From assembly GCF_009914755.1 (NCBI RefSeq), contig NC_060942.1: DNA of 64,000 nt; one strand, written 5' to 3'. The DNA is from the human T2T-CHM13v2.0 reference genome, Homo sapiens. This document shows positions 40,880-55,720 of this stretch, piece by piece. The notes beneath the pieces are model-generated. The model searched no databases. It was not told the origin of the DNA and saw only the letters and a program-made list of their open reading frames with translations. The translations under genes were made by a program, and so were the position numbers. Numbering within the stretch: the first letter of the stretch is position 1; every line of letters starts with the position of its first letter.

Positions 40880-42410
40880 AAGCAGCAAAATAATCCGGAT
40901 GTTCTTCAGTTGGTAAATGGATAAAATATGTTACATCCAGACAATGAATATTATTCAGTGATAAAAAGAAATTAGGTATCAAGCCATGAAAAGACATGGA
41001 AGAACCTTAAATGCACATTGCTGAGTGAAAGAAGCCAACCTGAAAAGGCTACATATTGTATGATTCCAACCGTATGAAATTCCGGAAAAGGTAAAACTAT
41101 AGAGATGGGAAAAAACCCACAGAGGGGAGGCAGTGATGAATAGATGGAGCACAGGTGACATTAGGGTAAACTATTCTGTGTGACACTATTGATAGGGACA
41201 GAAGGCAGAGAAATTCTAGGCAGAAAAGGGTGAGTGCCTGGCGAAGCCCCACCCTCAAGCCGAAAAGCTTGAGATTGCAGCCCAAAGTGAGAATTTATAT
41301 CCCTGTTTTCCCACTCAAATGTTGCCTTTTCCAAAACCACCCATGGCCCACCCTGCCCCCTGCCCTGTGTCTATAAAAACCCCAGACTCAGCCAGCAGAG
41401 AGGAGAAGCAGCTGGATGTCAGACTACACCTGGATGTTGGAGAGAAGCTGTTTGACTTCAGAGGTACAGCTTGTTGGTTTAACTTTGGAGAAGAATCCAA
41501 CCAGAGATGGTCGTACTTCAGGGGAAGATTACCTTCCTGCCTCATCCCCTTTTCAGCTCCCCTTCCTGCTGAGAGCCACCTCTGTCAGCAATAAACCTCT
41601 CACATTTACCATTCTTTGATTAGTTTGTGCAACCTCATTTTTCCAGGATGACTGGGAGCCGCAAGTGCAAATGCAAAAAGCTGTCACACTAACACTTTGC
41701 CCTCATGAGAAAAGGCAGAGAGTCCACTGAGCTGTCAACACTTAAGCCATCTGCAGATGGCAGAGCTAAAAGAGCTCTGTAACACTATCTCTGGGGCTTC
41801 AGGGGTCACAGGCACCCCCGCCAGACACTGCTATGGGGCCCACACAGAGTTTGCTCCCGCTGGTGCCTAAAAGCACTCACCCCAGCACTTGCACCTGCTC
41901 ACCTGTGCGCTCCCTCCCACAAGGGGTGGAACACAACAGGTCCAAGTGAGTAGAACTTGCCTCTGCCAGCACTGAAGTAGCCAGCTGGTTCCAGTGCTTG
42001 TGCACTCTAGTTCCCACCTCATTCACTCACGCGCTGCCTCCCGCAAGGAGTTGAGAGCTGTGGGCTGAGTAAACGAGGCACCCTCTTTGTGAGTCCCATA
42101 AAGGGATCAGGGAAATATTATGCTTCACTATAATGATAGATGGATATCACCATACCTTTATGAAAACCAACAGAAGGTACAACATCAACAGTGAACCCTA
42201 AAGTAAACTATGGGCTTTAGGTAATAATCACATGTCAATGTAGGCTTATTGATTTTAACAAATGTGCCCCCTTGGCTGGAGATGTTAATAGTAGTGGGGA
42301 CTGTGTATGTGTGGGCAGAAGGAAGTACATGGGAGCATTTGGTATTTTCTGCTAGATTTTGCTATAAACCTAGAGCTGTTCTAAAAAATAAAGTTTATTT
42401 TTTAAAAAAG
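40880..42410 (+). mobile_element. L1MC-type LINE 3' region, split by an LTR
   Basis: ccatgaaaagacatggaagaaccttaaatgcac...gaaagaagccaacctgaaaaggctaca; resumes after 42131 with gtgaaccctaaagtaaactatgg...aataaagt. Confidence 0.8.
41190..42127 (+). mobile_element. LTR28/LTR27/MER52-group (HUERS-P type) ERV1 solo LTR
   Basis: tgatagggacagaaggcagagaaattctagg start, cagggaaatattatgcttca end, TATA-like tataaaa, 4-bp TSD CTAT. Confidence 0.85.
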
Positions 42411-42624
42411 TAAAATGTTAAAAATCAGTGAATGATTAAAAAATTTTTTGAACATTTTAATAGCTCTAATAATGACCACATTCATTGTATGTAAATACAT
42501 ATCATCGAATTAATTTTCAAAAAAAAGTAATCTTTAAAAAAGGAAAGTTTATCTTCCTAGAAAGTTTCATCCATTGCAACATGATTTATAAAGGTGAAAA
42601 ATGAGGAAGTAAAGATGATTAGTC

Positions 42625-42900
42625 AAAGGGAGGGTTGAACTGCAATGCAGTTGCAACAGAGGCCACAGGAGTTGCTCTGGAGCTGAGTTGAACCTGCAGA
42701 ACTGCCCAGAATTTAGGTAATGGGGCCAAGTCTTTACACTATCCATTGAACAATCACCAGATGCAGGCTGCTCCTGGGGAAGTGGGAGAACTTGGGACAA
42801 GGCAACTCTCTCTGGAGGCTACAGGAGGGGAAAACCCAAAGAAGGCCCAACTGCAAGTTGGCAAGTCACCAGTACTCCTAAACAGCTTGAAGAAGGAGGC
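42625..42900 (-). mobile_element. ERVL LTR16-like fragment
   Basis: tgaactgcaatgcagttgcaacagaggcc...gctctggagctg...cttgggacaaggcaactctc; similar in style to 11395-11820. Confidence 0.45.
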
Positions 42901-42971
42901 TTCTGTCTTAGGTAGGAGGAAGGTGAGATATGGGAGGCATAAGTCAGCTTTCACAACAAGGTGGAATGATT

Positions 42972-43870
<899 letters not shown>

Positions 43871-45454
43871 CATTCCAGTTTAAACTGCACCAAAGTTTCT
43901 AGCTGTTTGAAAAGATATAAAAGAGAGTTCTTCCAATATAAAACTTGCAGTGTAGGGGGCACAGAGATTGAGTATCTACAAAAGCAACAACTCGGCCCAC
44001 CAACACTCAACGTGGCTCTTCTGGATGTACAGACAAGCAGAAGTCTCGAATGTCATCGGCGTGGTATCTGTCATGACTCAGGTACGGGCTTCACCTGAGA
44101 TAAACACTTCTCAAGAGTCTTGTGATCAGAAGAAATTGTAAATCTGTGGCCACAGAAATAGGTGTAGAAGCCTTTGGTTCTGTTAAGTGCAAAGGTTTGT
44201 TGGCTAGGGCACTGTTCTATTCTCTAGATGGCTTCGTTCTTAACAAAGATGTGTCTTCCATCTTAAAGCTAAGCACAGGTCTGTTCCCAAAAGATGAAGG
44301 GTTAATGATCAGAAACAGCGGTGAATATAAGGCACTGTGATGTGCTAGCTAGCAAGCAGAACTGCGAATACCAGGATCTATCAGAAGTTCCAACTAAACC
44401 CATTCAAACAAAGAAATCGCTGACTGACACAACTCGATGTGCGCCCACTCCTGGTTAAAGGCTACAGAGTAAATAAGCTCTGTTCATGAATCTTTAGGCC
44501 TCAGCAACCTAAGCAGGAGCAACCCTAGAATACTCTGGGTAGGAGCCGGAATAGGTCCGGGCATCACTGAAATCACCCCTGCACCTGTACTTGGCTGAGT
44601 CTCAGTAACCATCGTTTGTAAGCCACGTCACTACTTTATCCACCGCGAGGAAAGGAAAGGGGGAAAATACTTCCTATTAAACAATACCAGAACATTTATC
44701 ATAAGAGGCATCCCAATTTAAAGATGATTAAAATGTGAGAGGAAAAAATATATGTCTTAGAATAAAATGAAACATGATAAATTTTTCTACACTCCAGATT
44801 GGAACCTGTTCCCTACCTCCCGTTTTAAGAGCTGGGAATTCCATTTGTCTTTCTAGAGTCTGTAAAACAATGATTTAGCTACATCTGTTTCTATGAAACC
44901 ACTAGTGCCTATTTTCTGCATTACTTTTTTCCCTGAGGAAATGTATCCTCTTTTTTTCTTTGTTCTCCATGTTCTCAATTATTCTCAGCTCCTTCACAAG
45001 CCTCATATTGTGTTCTTTGGACAAAAATGATGTTCTTAAAAACAATAAAGTAAATATGCATGTGTCATAAATATGTGACTTCTGAAAATACTGTGGAGAA
45101 AAGTTTCTTAAATGGCTGCCAAAATGTAAGCATGTAGATACGATGTTAATCACGAGTGTGATAAACCAGCTACAATTCAGAAATTACGGTTTGCTCCTTG
45201 GAGCCTTCTCTTAATTCACAGAAGTATCATACATAGAACTTAAAAGAAGAAAATGCAAGATTCATTTGATTGAGAATGTCCAGCGGATTTATTTCACCCA
45301 ATTCAGATTTTATGCATGTTGAATGATAAAAGCAACACTATTAAGTACCTAAAAAAAAAAAAAAGATGAGTATTCCTAATTTGTTTTACATTGCATCTAG
45401 GTTAATGCCGTCTGTTGCTGTTACCTGGTAAGGAAAAAAAGTGAGTATGATAAG

Positions 45455-45600
45455 ACAAAAAACAAAGAAAGGAAAAAGAAGCAGAGAAAGAAAGGAAGTG
45501 AAGAGAAGAAAAAAGGAAAAGGAAAAGAAAGGAAGAAAAGGAAAGGAAAAGAGAGGAGAAGAGAGGGAAAAGAACAGAAAAAAGAAAATGAAAGAAGATA
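45455..45600. repeat. GA-rich (polypurine) low-complexity tract
   Basis: About 145 bp almost entirely A/G. Confidence 0.9.
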
Positions 45601-46397
45601 CTTTTGGTAGAACAGTTTGACGGATTTTCTTAGAACTTCAACTTTTCCGGATTTGCATTTCTGCTTAGTTTATATAAAAAAAGAACCTTACGGTTTATAG
45701 ATCTGAAATCACGACTCAGTTGTCAGCAGAGCTGTCCACTGACCTGTGTATCCTCAGCCTCAGCACCATGCACATAGGGATGTCTGAGTTCATTAGTGGT
45801 GATTAAATTAATAAATGCGTAGGTTTCCTGTTAGCCTTCCTTTTATATCTTATTTATTTTAAAAATGTGTCAAAGGTTTGTTTAGTCATGATTGGGAGTT
45901 ATTTGTTTGTTTTTTTCAAATATTTATGAACATTTTTGTTTTGGGAAATGGGAATAAAATAGGAAACCAGACAGAGAACATTTAAAGAAAGGAGAGTAAA
46001 ACAAAAGAGAAATGAGTTTTCAGCTGCAGGAGGGGTAGCGTAAGTGTGAAGGAATTTGTTCTCACAGTGACAGAGAACGGGATCGCATAAGTTACTAATG
46101 GCTATGTTCTGATGAGTAGCTAAGTATAAGCTGAAATTAGACCAGAGAAGTGAAAAGGGCTTAGAAAAATGGATAAAAAGGAAAAAGAGAAAGGTGAAAT
46201 TGATGTTACAGCAATTCTAAAAATCTGGTAATTTCAGAGCTGAAAGGGCTCAAGTCATTGATCAAACCCTTCATCTTTCAGAAAGAAAGGAATGAACTGC
46301 TCGGTGTCCCTGCCCAGCTGCCATCAGACACTGCCACTGGGTGACTGTGGCCCCTCCGTCAGCAGGCTGTCCCAGAGGAACTGGGAAGCATCTAGAT

Positions 46398-46640
46398 CAG
46401 AGCTTCCCAAACTTTACTGTGTGTATAAAGCACTGGGATCTTGCTAAAATTGCAGATTCTGGTTCAGTAGGTCTGAGATGGGGCTGTAATTCTGCATTTC
46501 TGTCTAACAAGCTCCTCCGGGGGGCTGAGGCTGCCAGTCCACGGACCACACATTGAGTATCAAAGTTAGGACAGTGGTTCTCAGAGCAAGGGCCAAAGAC
46601 ACCCAAGCGAGAATTGCTGTGGTACCTGTTAAAAATGTGT
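46398..46640. mobile_element. MER5A-like hAT MITE plus adjacent partial MER5
   Basis: tgcagattctggttcagtaggtctgagatgggg...tctgcatttc...ctaacaagctcc...ggaccacacattgagta; then cagtggttctca. Confidence 0.75.
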
Positions 46641-46829
46641 ATCCATCACAGCCTGTAGAAATTCTGAGGCAATTAATGGCTATATTCCAATATTCCAATT
46701 TTTAAAAATATCTTGTGTAATACTTTAAAGTATCATGTTTTACATTAAAAGCACTTAAATACATAATCTAAAATTTAAATCTATTCTTGACACACACTGT
46801 CTTAACTCTTGCCTCACAATAGAAAAAAT

Positions 46830-46975
46830 AGTAATTTATTCCTGTTTTATAAATAAAGAAAGGTTAAGAAAGTTAAGTATCTGACTCAAGGATCACACAA
46901 CACAGCCAGTAGTCAGTTGAGCCTGGATTTGAACTCAGATCTGTTTGACCCCGGAGATTCAACTTGCCACCTCTA
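46830..46975 (-). mobile_element. MIR SINE
   Basis: aagttaagtatctgactcaaggatcacaca...ggatttgaactcagatctgtttgac. Confidence 0.7.
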
Positions 46976-49900
46976 TGTTGTACTTGCAATCATTACTTAC
47001 CCCAATACCGAATTAAATTTATTAAAGCATTTATTGAAATATGTAGACATATTTTTTTAAATGATTACTAGATTTCACGCTATGTCTCAACAGCACTTTA
47101 ACAAAATGTCATCTATTATTTCCACCCATTTCTGTTTCTGTGCTATATTTAAATAGAAAAACTTACCAGAAACAAAAGCACTCATCTTTCTCTGTACTGA
47201 TTCAGGGCTGGAAATGGGCACGTTTATACTGATTTGTGTAAATTGAGAGTTCAGTAGTCACTCTAATCTGTCTCAGTTTTCAGATATTTTAAAAAACAGT
47301 CCAGTAATGATGCAATGTTGTCCATATTGTGTCAAGGGGGAAAATATCGGAAAGACACTCCAATGTGTGATGGGTGTAGAAGTGGGGATGGGGTGTACAC
47401 ATAATGCTCCACATTAACCTACCACCTGAGAAGTTGGTCTTGAAAAGCTCTCCAGATGAACTTGGCATTAAGTGTCTATTTGAACTCTGTTGGGGGTTTT
47501 TATTAGTCCTCCTCTAGCAAACATGAGACCGTTATGCTTCTTAGATTGTCAACTCTGATTACAGGATGAAAGCTAAACAGCTTCTTTGACCAAATTGCAT
47601 GTTGGCAACTACAGCTGTGATCCACTTTTCAATGATTATTTCAAAACCCATTAGAATGAAGAAAATCAAGAGAGGGATATTCATCTGAGACTGTGGATGT
47701 AAAATGTCTTGCTCTTAGATATACTGACACTCTGTTTACCAAGGCAAACATACAGTACTACGGCTCATGCCCTGAACAAAAGACAGTATGTTTCACAAAT
47801 AAAGTTACTTTGGTCATGACTTGCATGAAATCGCAGTGCTTTCATCTGTATTTTCTTATTTTCAGTTGATAATATAACTCGTAGCTGACAAAGGATTTGT
47901 CAAGCTTTTAGTTTCCGTTGCGTAGGAAACCAGATTTATCAATTCTTGTGTTGTATTTGCCTTTGAAACATTTTTTCTGTCTTTAAAGGTAAATCCTACA
48001 TAGAAACCTCAAAAGATGTGAAGTCAATTTTCCACTCTTTCAAGTACAAAGAAGACCTGTGGTTAGTTGACTAATAAAGCATCATTCTTTTAAAAACTAC
48101 TTGCATCTTGTCTTTAAAAATACTGCTGAAAAGGTAAAGAAGAAAACTCAGAAATTAAATATTTCTGCACTGTGGTACCTGGCTTCCATAACAGTAATAG
48201 AAAAATGACCAAAAAATCCACTTATAATTTGGTCACCAGTTTTTACATAGAATTTTTTTCTGATTATTGTCACCTGGATCGAATAAATTCATCTTGTTTT
48301 GTTTATTTATTAATGCAAGATCATTCCTGCACCTTCATTCAATTGCAACGGATTACAAACAGGGAGTCATGAAAACACATAACTGTAAAAACATATTGAA
48401 TTGTGATGCCTAAAAAATATGCTCAAAGAAAGGTAAAATCTTGGACTGCAGTATCACCCAACCAGTATGTAGTGAATAGGAGAGAATAAGTGCCTTTTAG
48501 CAACTTCAAAAAAATCTCTTGAATGTGAAAACCTAATGGTGTGATTTTTCTTCAAAATGAAGAAAAAAATGACTTACTTTCTAGGTTGAAAGGAAACAAG
48601 AAGTCACAAAAAAGCACTAAGAACTATATATATATATTTTATGTGAAGTTTACTCTCTATAAAGTTTGGATGAAGACATTTTTTAAAGTATTACAAATTG
48701 ATCAAGAACAAACTAAAAAGCAGGGGCCTCAGCATGTGGGCAGATTTCTGGGACTGGCTTAGATCAGAGATGATATGAGAATTTACTGCCACACAGTTGT
48801 TGGAATTTAATCCAATGTTCTTTTACTACATCTATATGATATCAAACTTTGGATGAAAGGTGAAAAATTCAACCAAACAGGTAAATGTTTCATCTGCACT
48901 ATGTCTAATATATGAATGGTTCCAAATCCATCCTATAAAAATTATTTTATCCATTTACTTGTGCCAAACACGTTCCACTTTACCATTAAGATTTCATAAG
49001 TCATTTTAAATTTTTTATTTCCAATAAAAAGAGTATAGTCATGTCTACCTTGTTGACACTAGGATAGTAATAAGGGCAATTGGCAGAGGATATGATTCTA
49101 TAATATACCACAGAAAAATAATCAAGCCATAGGCAGTAGATCAAGTTAGGAAATCAAGCTGGAAGACCAGGGCTCAGCAAATCAAAGTCTAGGCTTGGGA
49201 GTCTCAAAGTGTCAAATATATAACACCCTTCTTTTTCCTGCACAAGTTCTGAACCCACTGACACATGAACAGACTACAAATCAAAATATCACTTTTGTTA
49301 CTGACAAAAATATTTGCAAAGTGTGTCTTGGGTCTGAGAACAAAAAGCGCTTTCCAATACTCTCTGCCCCGAATCTAGAACTTGAGAAAGCTACTGGATA
49401 AAACATTTGGGTGTGCAGACCATGGAGACCAACTTTCACTAGTTTGGGGGTAGAAAAAGAAGGAGAAGAGAATCCCCAGACAAATTAGCTCTGCTCAACC
49501 AAGACATGTGGATCGATGATTATTGATCACTTACCACAAACCTCCCTCCTTTCCCATGGAACAAAAGGTCAGGAGAGTTGCTCTAGAGAAGTACCTCCAA
49601 ATGAAAACCTGAAAAGTCAAGGAGTAGTATTTCCTCCTAGTCTTCCTCAGCTGTTTGTTCTGTTAGCCCATCAGATTTAACAATCAAGCCAAGAGTCACC
49701 CAGGAGGGTAGTGACACCTTTCTGACAGATCAGAAATCTATTAGAGTACTGTCTTCATAAGTTTCTCCCCAGTACTAACTATAGTTGTTTTGTGGATCTT
49801 TCTGGTAACAACTGGTAAATATGATTGAATTTTGCTCCTTGAAGGATCTAACTACGGATCAGAAGAGTCAGCAATTAAATTAACTCTAAGGCCATATTTT

Positions 49901-51406
49901 GTCTAAATTTCTCATTCAAAATGTCTCACCACATCTAACTAAACCCGTCAGAGCTTCTGCAAAGAGACTGAATAACAACACCAAGATATACCATTTTTTA
50001 AAATGCCAACACATATAAGTCATAAATTTGAATACAATCGCCTTCCAGTGTAAATTTTCCAGAGACATTAGTGTCTCAAAATTAAATTCCCTTACAAGTC
50101 AACAGAGTTAAAGTCCAATGTAATTCCATCCAAAGTCAAATTCTCTTGCTTCTGCAAGTTAAATGTCCAAAGTCATTATAGTACAAAATAAAATGTTCCA
50201 GTACTTATAAGTAAAAGCTCAAAGAACAAAACACCAAAGGTCTCCAGTTACAGTCTTATAATCATTATTTCCAAAGTTTTTATGTTCTCAGTCTCGGATA
50301 GAGGTGTCTTATTCTGAACCTGGGCATACTTGGGTTTCTTCAGCAGCTGCTGCTTGCCTTGTTTTCTTTCATGCAAATGTATGTGGTTTCTTCAGGACCT
50401 CAGAATTAAAATTAGCTTCTCATATGCTCTCTTTTTTAAAAATCCAAAAGGTTGGTAGACATACAAGATTATTTTTTCTACACCCAAATTTTGACAATGC
50501 AAATGATCTCTGACTTCTTAGTGAAATTAACCAAGGCAGAATTCTGTTCCCAGAACCCAACCTTTGATGCTGCAAAAACCAAGGGAGATACTTGTGAGAC
50601 CTGAGGGCAGGAAGATAGACTTTCTCACTTCAGTCTAGCCAGGATGCAAAGCTTTTTTGGAATCTATGAGAACAAATTCACTTAGGAAAAAGTGCTACCA
50701 GGAGGTTATGATGGTGCTGGACTTTCTTTATGTGGGAAAAACACATACCTGTTCATGTCAACTTTTCTCTCAGGCCACTGTATTAAGATGCCACTGCCTT
50801 TTGGCAAACTATTAGCAATATTAGCAGGCTAACTTACCAGATCCTATTTGTGATGCATATCTTTCCATCTGCCATTTTAAAAACCCCTTACTATGCAGTT
50901 CCCCTTGGATTCCACTGTTTCTGGAACATAAATGTTGTATTTAGGATGGGCTTTGCCAAGTGACACAGCCTTCCCTGTCTCTTTTGAAAAGATGTTTTCA
51001 GTTCTGCACCACTCAGGTTCCTTCCACGGCTTCTTACTATGGAAACGTTAGGACTGTTAAACATGCCTATTTGAGGAGATTTCCTTTGTTCCCACATTTA
51101 CCTCAAGTGGAGAATCACATTCAGAAGATTCCTGAGCTGAAACTTTGATTGATGTTACTGAATCTAGCACTTCTAGGAGCCTAGTGAAAATCCAATACAA
51201 TGTGATCCTCAAGACAATGCCCTTCTTCAGGTTTGAATGTTCTGAGCTATGAATAGCATTTCTTATTTAGTATACCTTTTTCTGCAATCATGGGATGTAT
51301 CACCAGAATTTTCTTTTCTTCTTTATTCTTCAACTTCTTTTGGGTAGATCCAGTTTTACCTTCTACTTAGACAATTCCCTTTCATCTCTACTACGTGTAG
51401 GGCTAG

Positions 51407-51779
<373 letters not shown>

Positions 51780-51801
51780 TGCATTTGTTTTTCTAACATA
51801 C

Positions 51802-52150
51802 TGTCTTAGGTCACTTTCCCAGAAAAAAAAAAAAAAAAACCTGAGTAAATAATTTGAACGCAAGTGATTTATGAATAAAGTGCTCCATGAAGAGAGGATA
51901 GGAAAAACAGGATAGGGGAAAGGCCGAGAAAAGATATAATTTCAGATAAAGTTCTACCCTCTGCCTGAACCCTCAGGGTATTTGGACATAAAAATTGCAC
52001 CCTGGTGTCTGTCTGGTCTCCAGGCAAGAGAACTGGCCAGCTGGGCTTCTATAACTCCCAGGTACTGTCAGTTCTCTTTCCAGTTAAGGTGGTCCAAACA
52101 GCCCAAGCAAAGTCCTCTAAGAAAAGTCAAGCTGCAAGGTTGGAAGCTGA
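51802..52150 (-). mobile_element. ERVL LTR16/LTR33-like solo LTR
   Basis: tgtcttaggtcactttcccaga...tttgaacgcaagtgatttat start typical of antisense LTR16C-type elements. Confidence 0.55.
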
Positions 52151-53102
52151 TGTAGCATAACCTGCATTTAATGTCATGGCCTGTAGACCTTGCTGAAAAA
52201 CTGAATAAAAGCAGCAAATTTTTTTTAGCATCCTGATACTGAAGCCTGTTCACAGAAGGACTCTTTTGCCATTTAACTGAAACTTCACTTCAGCTTTGCA
52301 TGCTTACTGAAATGTCCAGTGGCCAGTATTTGCTGGGATGCAGGCAGTCTGTAACAAGAGTTTGCTAAAATTCACACCATTTAGAAACAGCCACCTTGCA
52401 GACAAAGCCTCCGTAAGTGGCTAGGTCCCACCAAGGCTAAAATCCTACATGTCCTGCCTTCCTAAAGTCACTCTCAGAACTCATCAGTGTGTATTTTGCT
52501 CTTCAAATTCTAGTCCTTATCTATTTATCAAGGCCACTAGCTGATATACCAGAATGTGAACTTATAAGGAGGGTTCAATAAATGACATTTTATTTTTTCC
52601 CAAAAGTTTAGAACCAATTGAAAGATAGATGAACGAATCAGGCAGATAAGATTCCAATGTCTCTTTTATAGTCCTAATGCTTTTTGGTGAACGCATGTGT
52701 TCACCAAAACGCAAGTTTGATTAAACTTTCTTCTCAAACTTCAGACTTATGCAATAGAGGTAGGATCTTCTCTATTAAGCTTCTCCTGGGTAGAAAGAAC
52801 AGTCAAGAATGCACCTCTCCACTGGCACGTGGATTCAAAAGAAGGAAAGAGAAGGAGCTAAGCCATACATGTCTAGGTCCTTCTTTCAGTCAGGTAAGTC
52901 ATTCCCTAGGGAAGGAGCAGAGAGGAGACAAAGAGTCAAGGATATGAACTCTAGGATTCTTCCATGCTCATGAAACATTAGAAGTGGGGAGTATGTGTTC
53001 CCCTCTAACACACAGAACAACCAACAGCAAGATAAGGCATCCACAGAATGAGGGCTCACGGGAATGGAATTAAAAGACAACAGTGAATAATCTAGAATAG
53101 AT

Positions 53103-53301
53103 TGATGTTGGCAAACTTTTCTAAAGAGGCAGATAGTACTTTTGGCTTATGGGTCATATGGCTTCTGTTGCAACTGCTTGGCTCTGCTGGTATAGCCTGA
53201 AAGCAATCATAGACAATGCCTAAACACAAGAGCATGGCTGTGTTCCAATAAAACTTTATTTATAAAAAGGTGGTTGCATGAGCTGTGTCTACTAATCCCT
53301 G
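53103..53301. mobile_element. MER58A-like hAT MITE
   Basis: gttggcaaacttttct...tctgttgcaactgct...catggctgtgttccaataaaactttattta...ccctg. Confidence 0.8.
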
Positions 53302-53886
53302 TGAGAGTTCTGGATGTTGCCATTGCTGGCTTAGAACACATGAGAGATTTTCTCATCAAGAACACAAATAGCAGTAGATCTTACATACACAGTGCAAAAC
53401 CAAGATGAGAGATGGTGAACCAAGATAGGCATACAACCTAGGGGAGTGATTCCAAAATACATCATGTAATCAGTGACCAAAAGTTGTTAAGCTTGTTCTT
53501 CAATTAGTACAAGTTTTGTGAGAGTGGAAATTCTTGCCTGTTTGGTTTACTGCTGCGTCCTTACTATATCACAAGTACCTAGAGTTATGTCCAGTGCATA
53601 GTAGGTGTTCAATTTACATCGTACAGATGAATTAGAAATAATTTCAAACAGTCACATGTGAATAATATAAGGTATAAGATGGTGCCATAGGTTAAAATAA
53701 AAACATGTATCAAAATGACAAATCAGACCAGAATATGCAAAAATAATAATAATAATAATGAAAGCCCAAACTGACTCATTCAGAATCCAAATAGGTGATA
53801 AAAATCAAGAGAAACACAAATGGCATATAGCAAGTGAGATACATACAGAAATCAGAAAACACAATTTGTAAAATGGTGATGACTGA

Positions 53887-54320
<434 letters not shown>

Positions 54321-54685
54321 CCATCTTGCTTTTTGCCTGAATTACTCCATCTTCTTCACCAGGTCTCCTCCAGCAAGCCTAGATCAAGAACCTCATCCTG
54401 TGCTTATTTCTGTCATAGCACTTCTCATACTGTGGATTTACTACTTACGAGTCCATCTCCACCCACTAGGAAGGAAAAATGATCTTGTTTCATATAGATT
54501 TCTTTTTAGCCTAGCACTGGCACGAATTGTGCTGAGTAAAGATGGGCAAAAACTGAAGAATAGAACAAAGCAACTAGAAGAGCTTTACACACACATAACA
54601 AAAATATTTGGTAGGTGACTATGTTTCTGTGTCTCACATGACTCGCAGAAGCCAATCTCACTGTGATTACTCTGGAAGACCAGTA

Positions 54686-54860
54686 CAGTGGCATTCAAGC
54701 TCAGCTGCACTTTGGGATTACCTGGAGAACTTTAAAAAATTACTGATGCTTGAGCCCTACCCCAAGAGATTCTTACTTAGTTTTGGGAATAACTTGGGCC
54801 TGAGTAATTTTTAAAGTGACCCGTTTCATTCAAATGAACAGTCAAAGCTTAAAACAGTTC
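54686..54860. mobile_element. MER5B-like hAT MITE
   Basis: ggattacctggagaactttaaaaaattactgatgc...ccctaccccaagagattc. Confidence 0.65.
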
Positions 54861-55049
54861 ATTGGGAACACCTCAATAAGGTGAGAAGTGTGTAGGAAAA
54901 GGGGAGAAGTGGCTTCTAGCAAGCAATTCTCTACAATAAGATAGATTCTATTTGATCTTTGGTCTTTCTGTAGAATTCAATATAATTTAACAGGCCTCTA
55001 ACAAATACCCCAGGATTTGAATCTGGTGTAATAAACCCTAGGAGTGAGG

Positions 55050-55720
55050 ACAAATCAGACTCAGACAAAGTCTTAAAATAACAAAACCAAGAAAACTCCA
55101 AACCAGTCCTCAGTCAACTTAGTCTCTGATGGGATTAAGATGATCAGCCACCACTTTTCCTGCCTAGTAGATGATGAGAATATGCACTGGAGGAAGATAA
55201 CATCACCTAAAGCCTCTACAATGCATTACACACAATGCTCAACATTCAATAAAAAGAACTAGGCACACCAAGAAATAGGATTCAAAGAAAAATAATAAAC
55301 AATAAAAGCTGAGTCACAGGTAAAATATCTATTGGAATTATCAGATATTGGAATTTTATAAATTTATGATTAATAATTCCAGATAATAAATGAGAAATGA
55401 AGAATTTTTTCCAGATAACTGGGAAAAGAATTAACCAACAGTGCTGGACTTACAAAAAATTAACAACTACACTTAAGAGTTAAATTCATATGATTACTAG
55501 AAAACCAGACGTGAAAAAGAAATAATTATTAATACTCAAAGATAGGTTGGTCAAAAACAGGCAGAAACAAAGAGAGCAAAAGCAATGGAAAATACAGGAA
55601 AAGCATATAAATGATATATAAGGCATGACGCAAAGATCCAACATACATATAACTGGAGGCCCAGAAGGGTAAGAAAACAGGGCAGAAACAATACTGAAGT
55701 GATAAAGATCATAGATTGTC
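55050..55720 (+). mobile_element. old L1 (L1M/L1ME) 5'/ORF1 fragment
   Basis: ttggaattatcaga..., tccaacatacatataactggaggcccagaagg are typical decayed L1 ORF1 segments. Confidence 0.6.
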
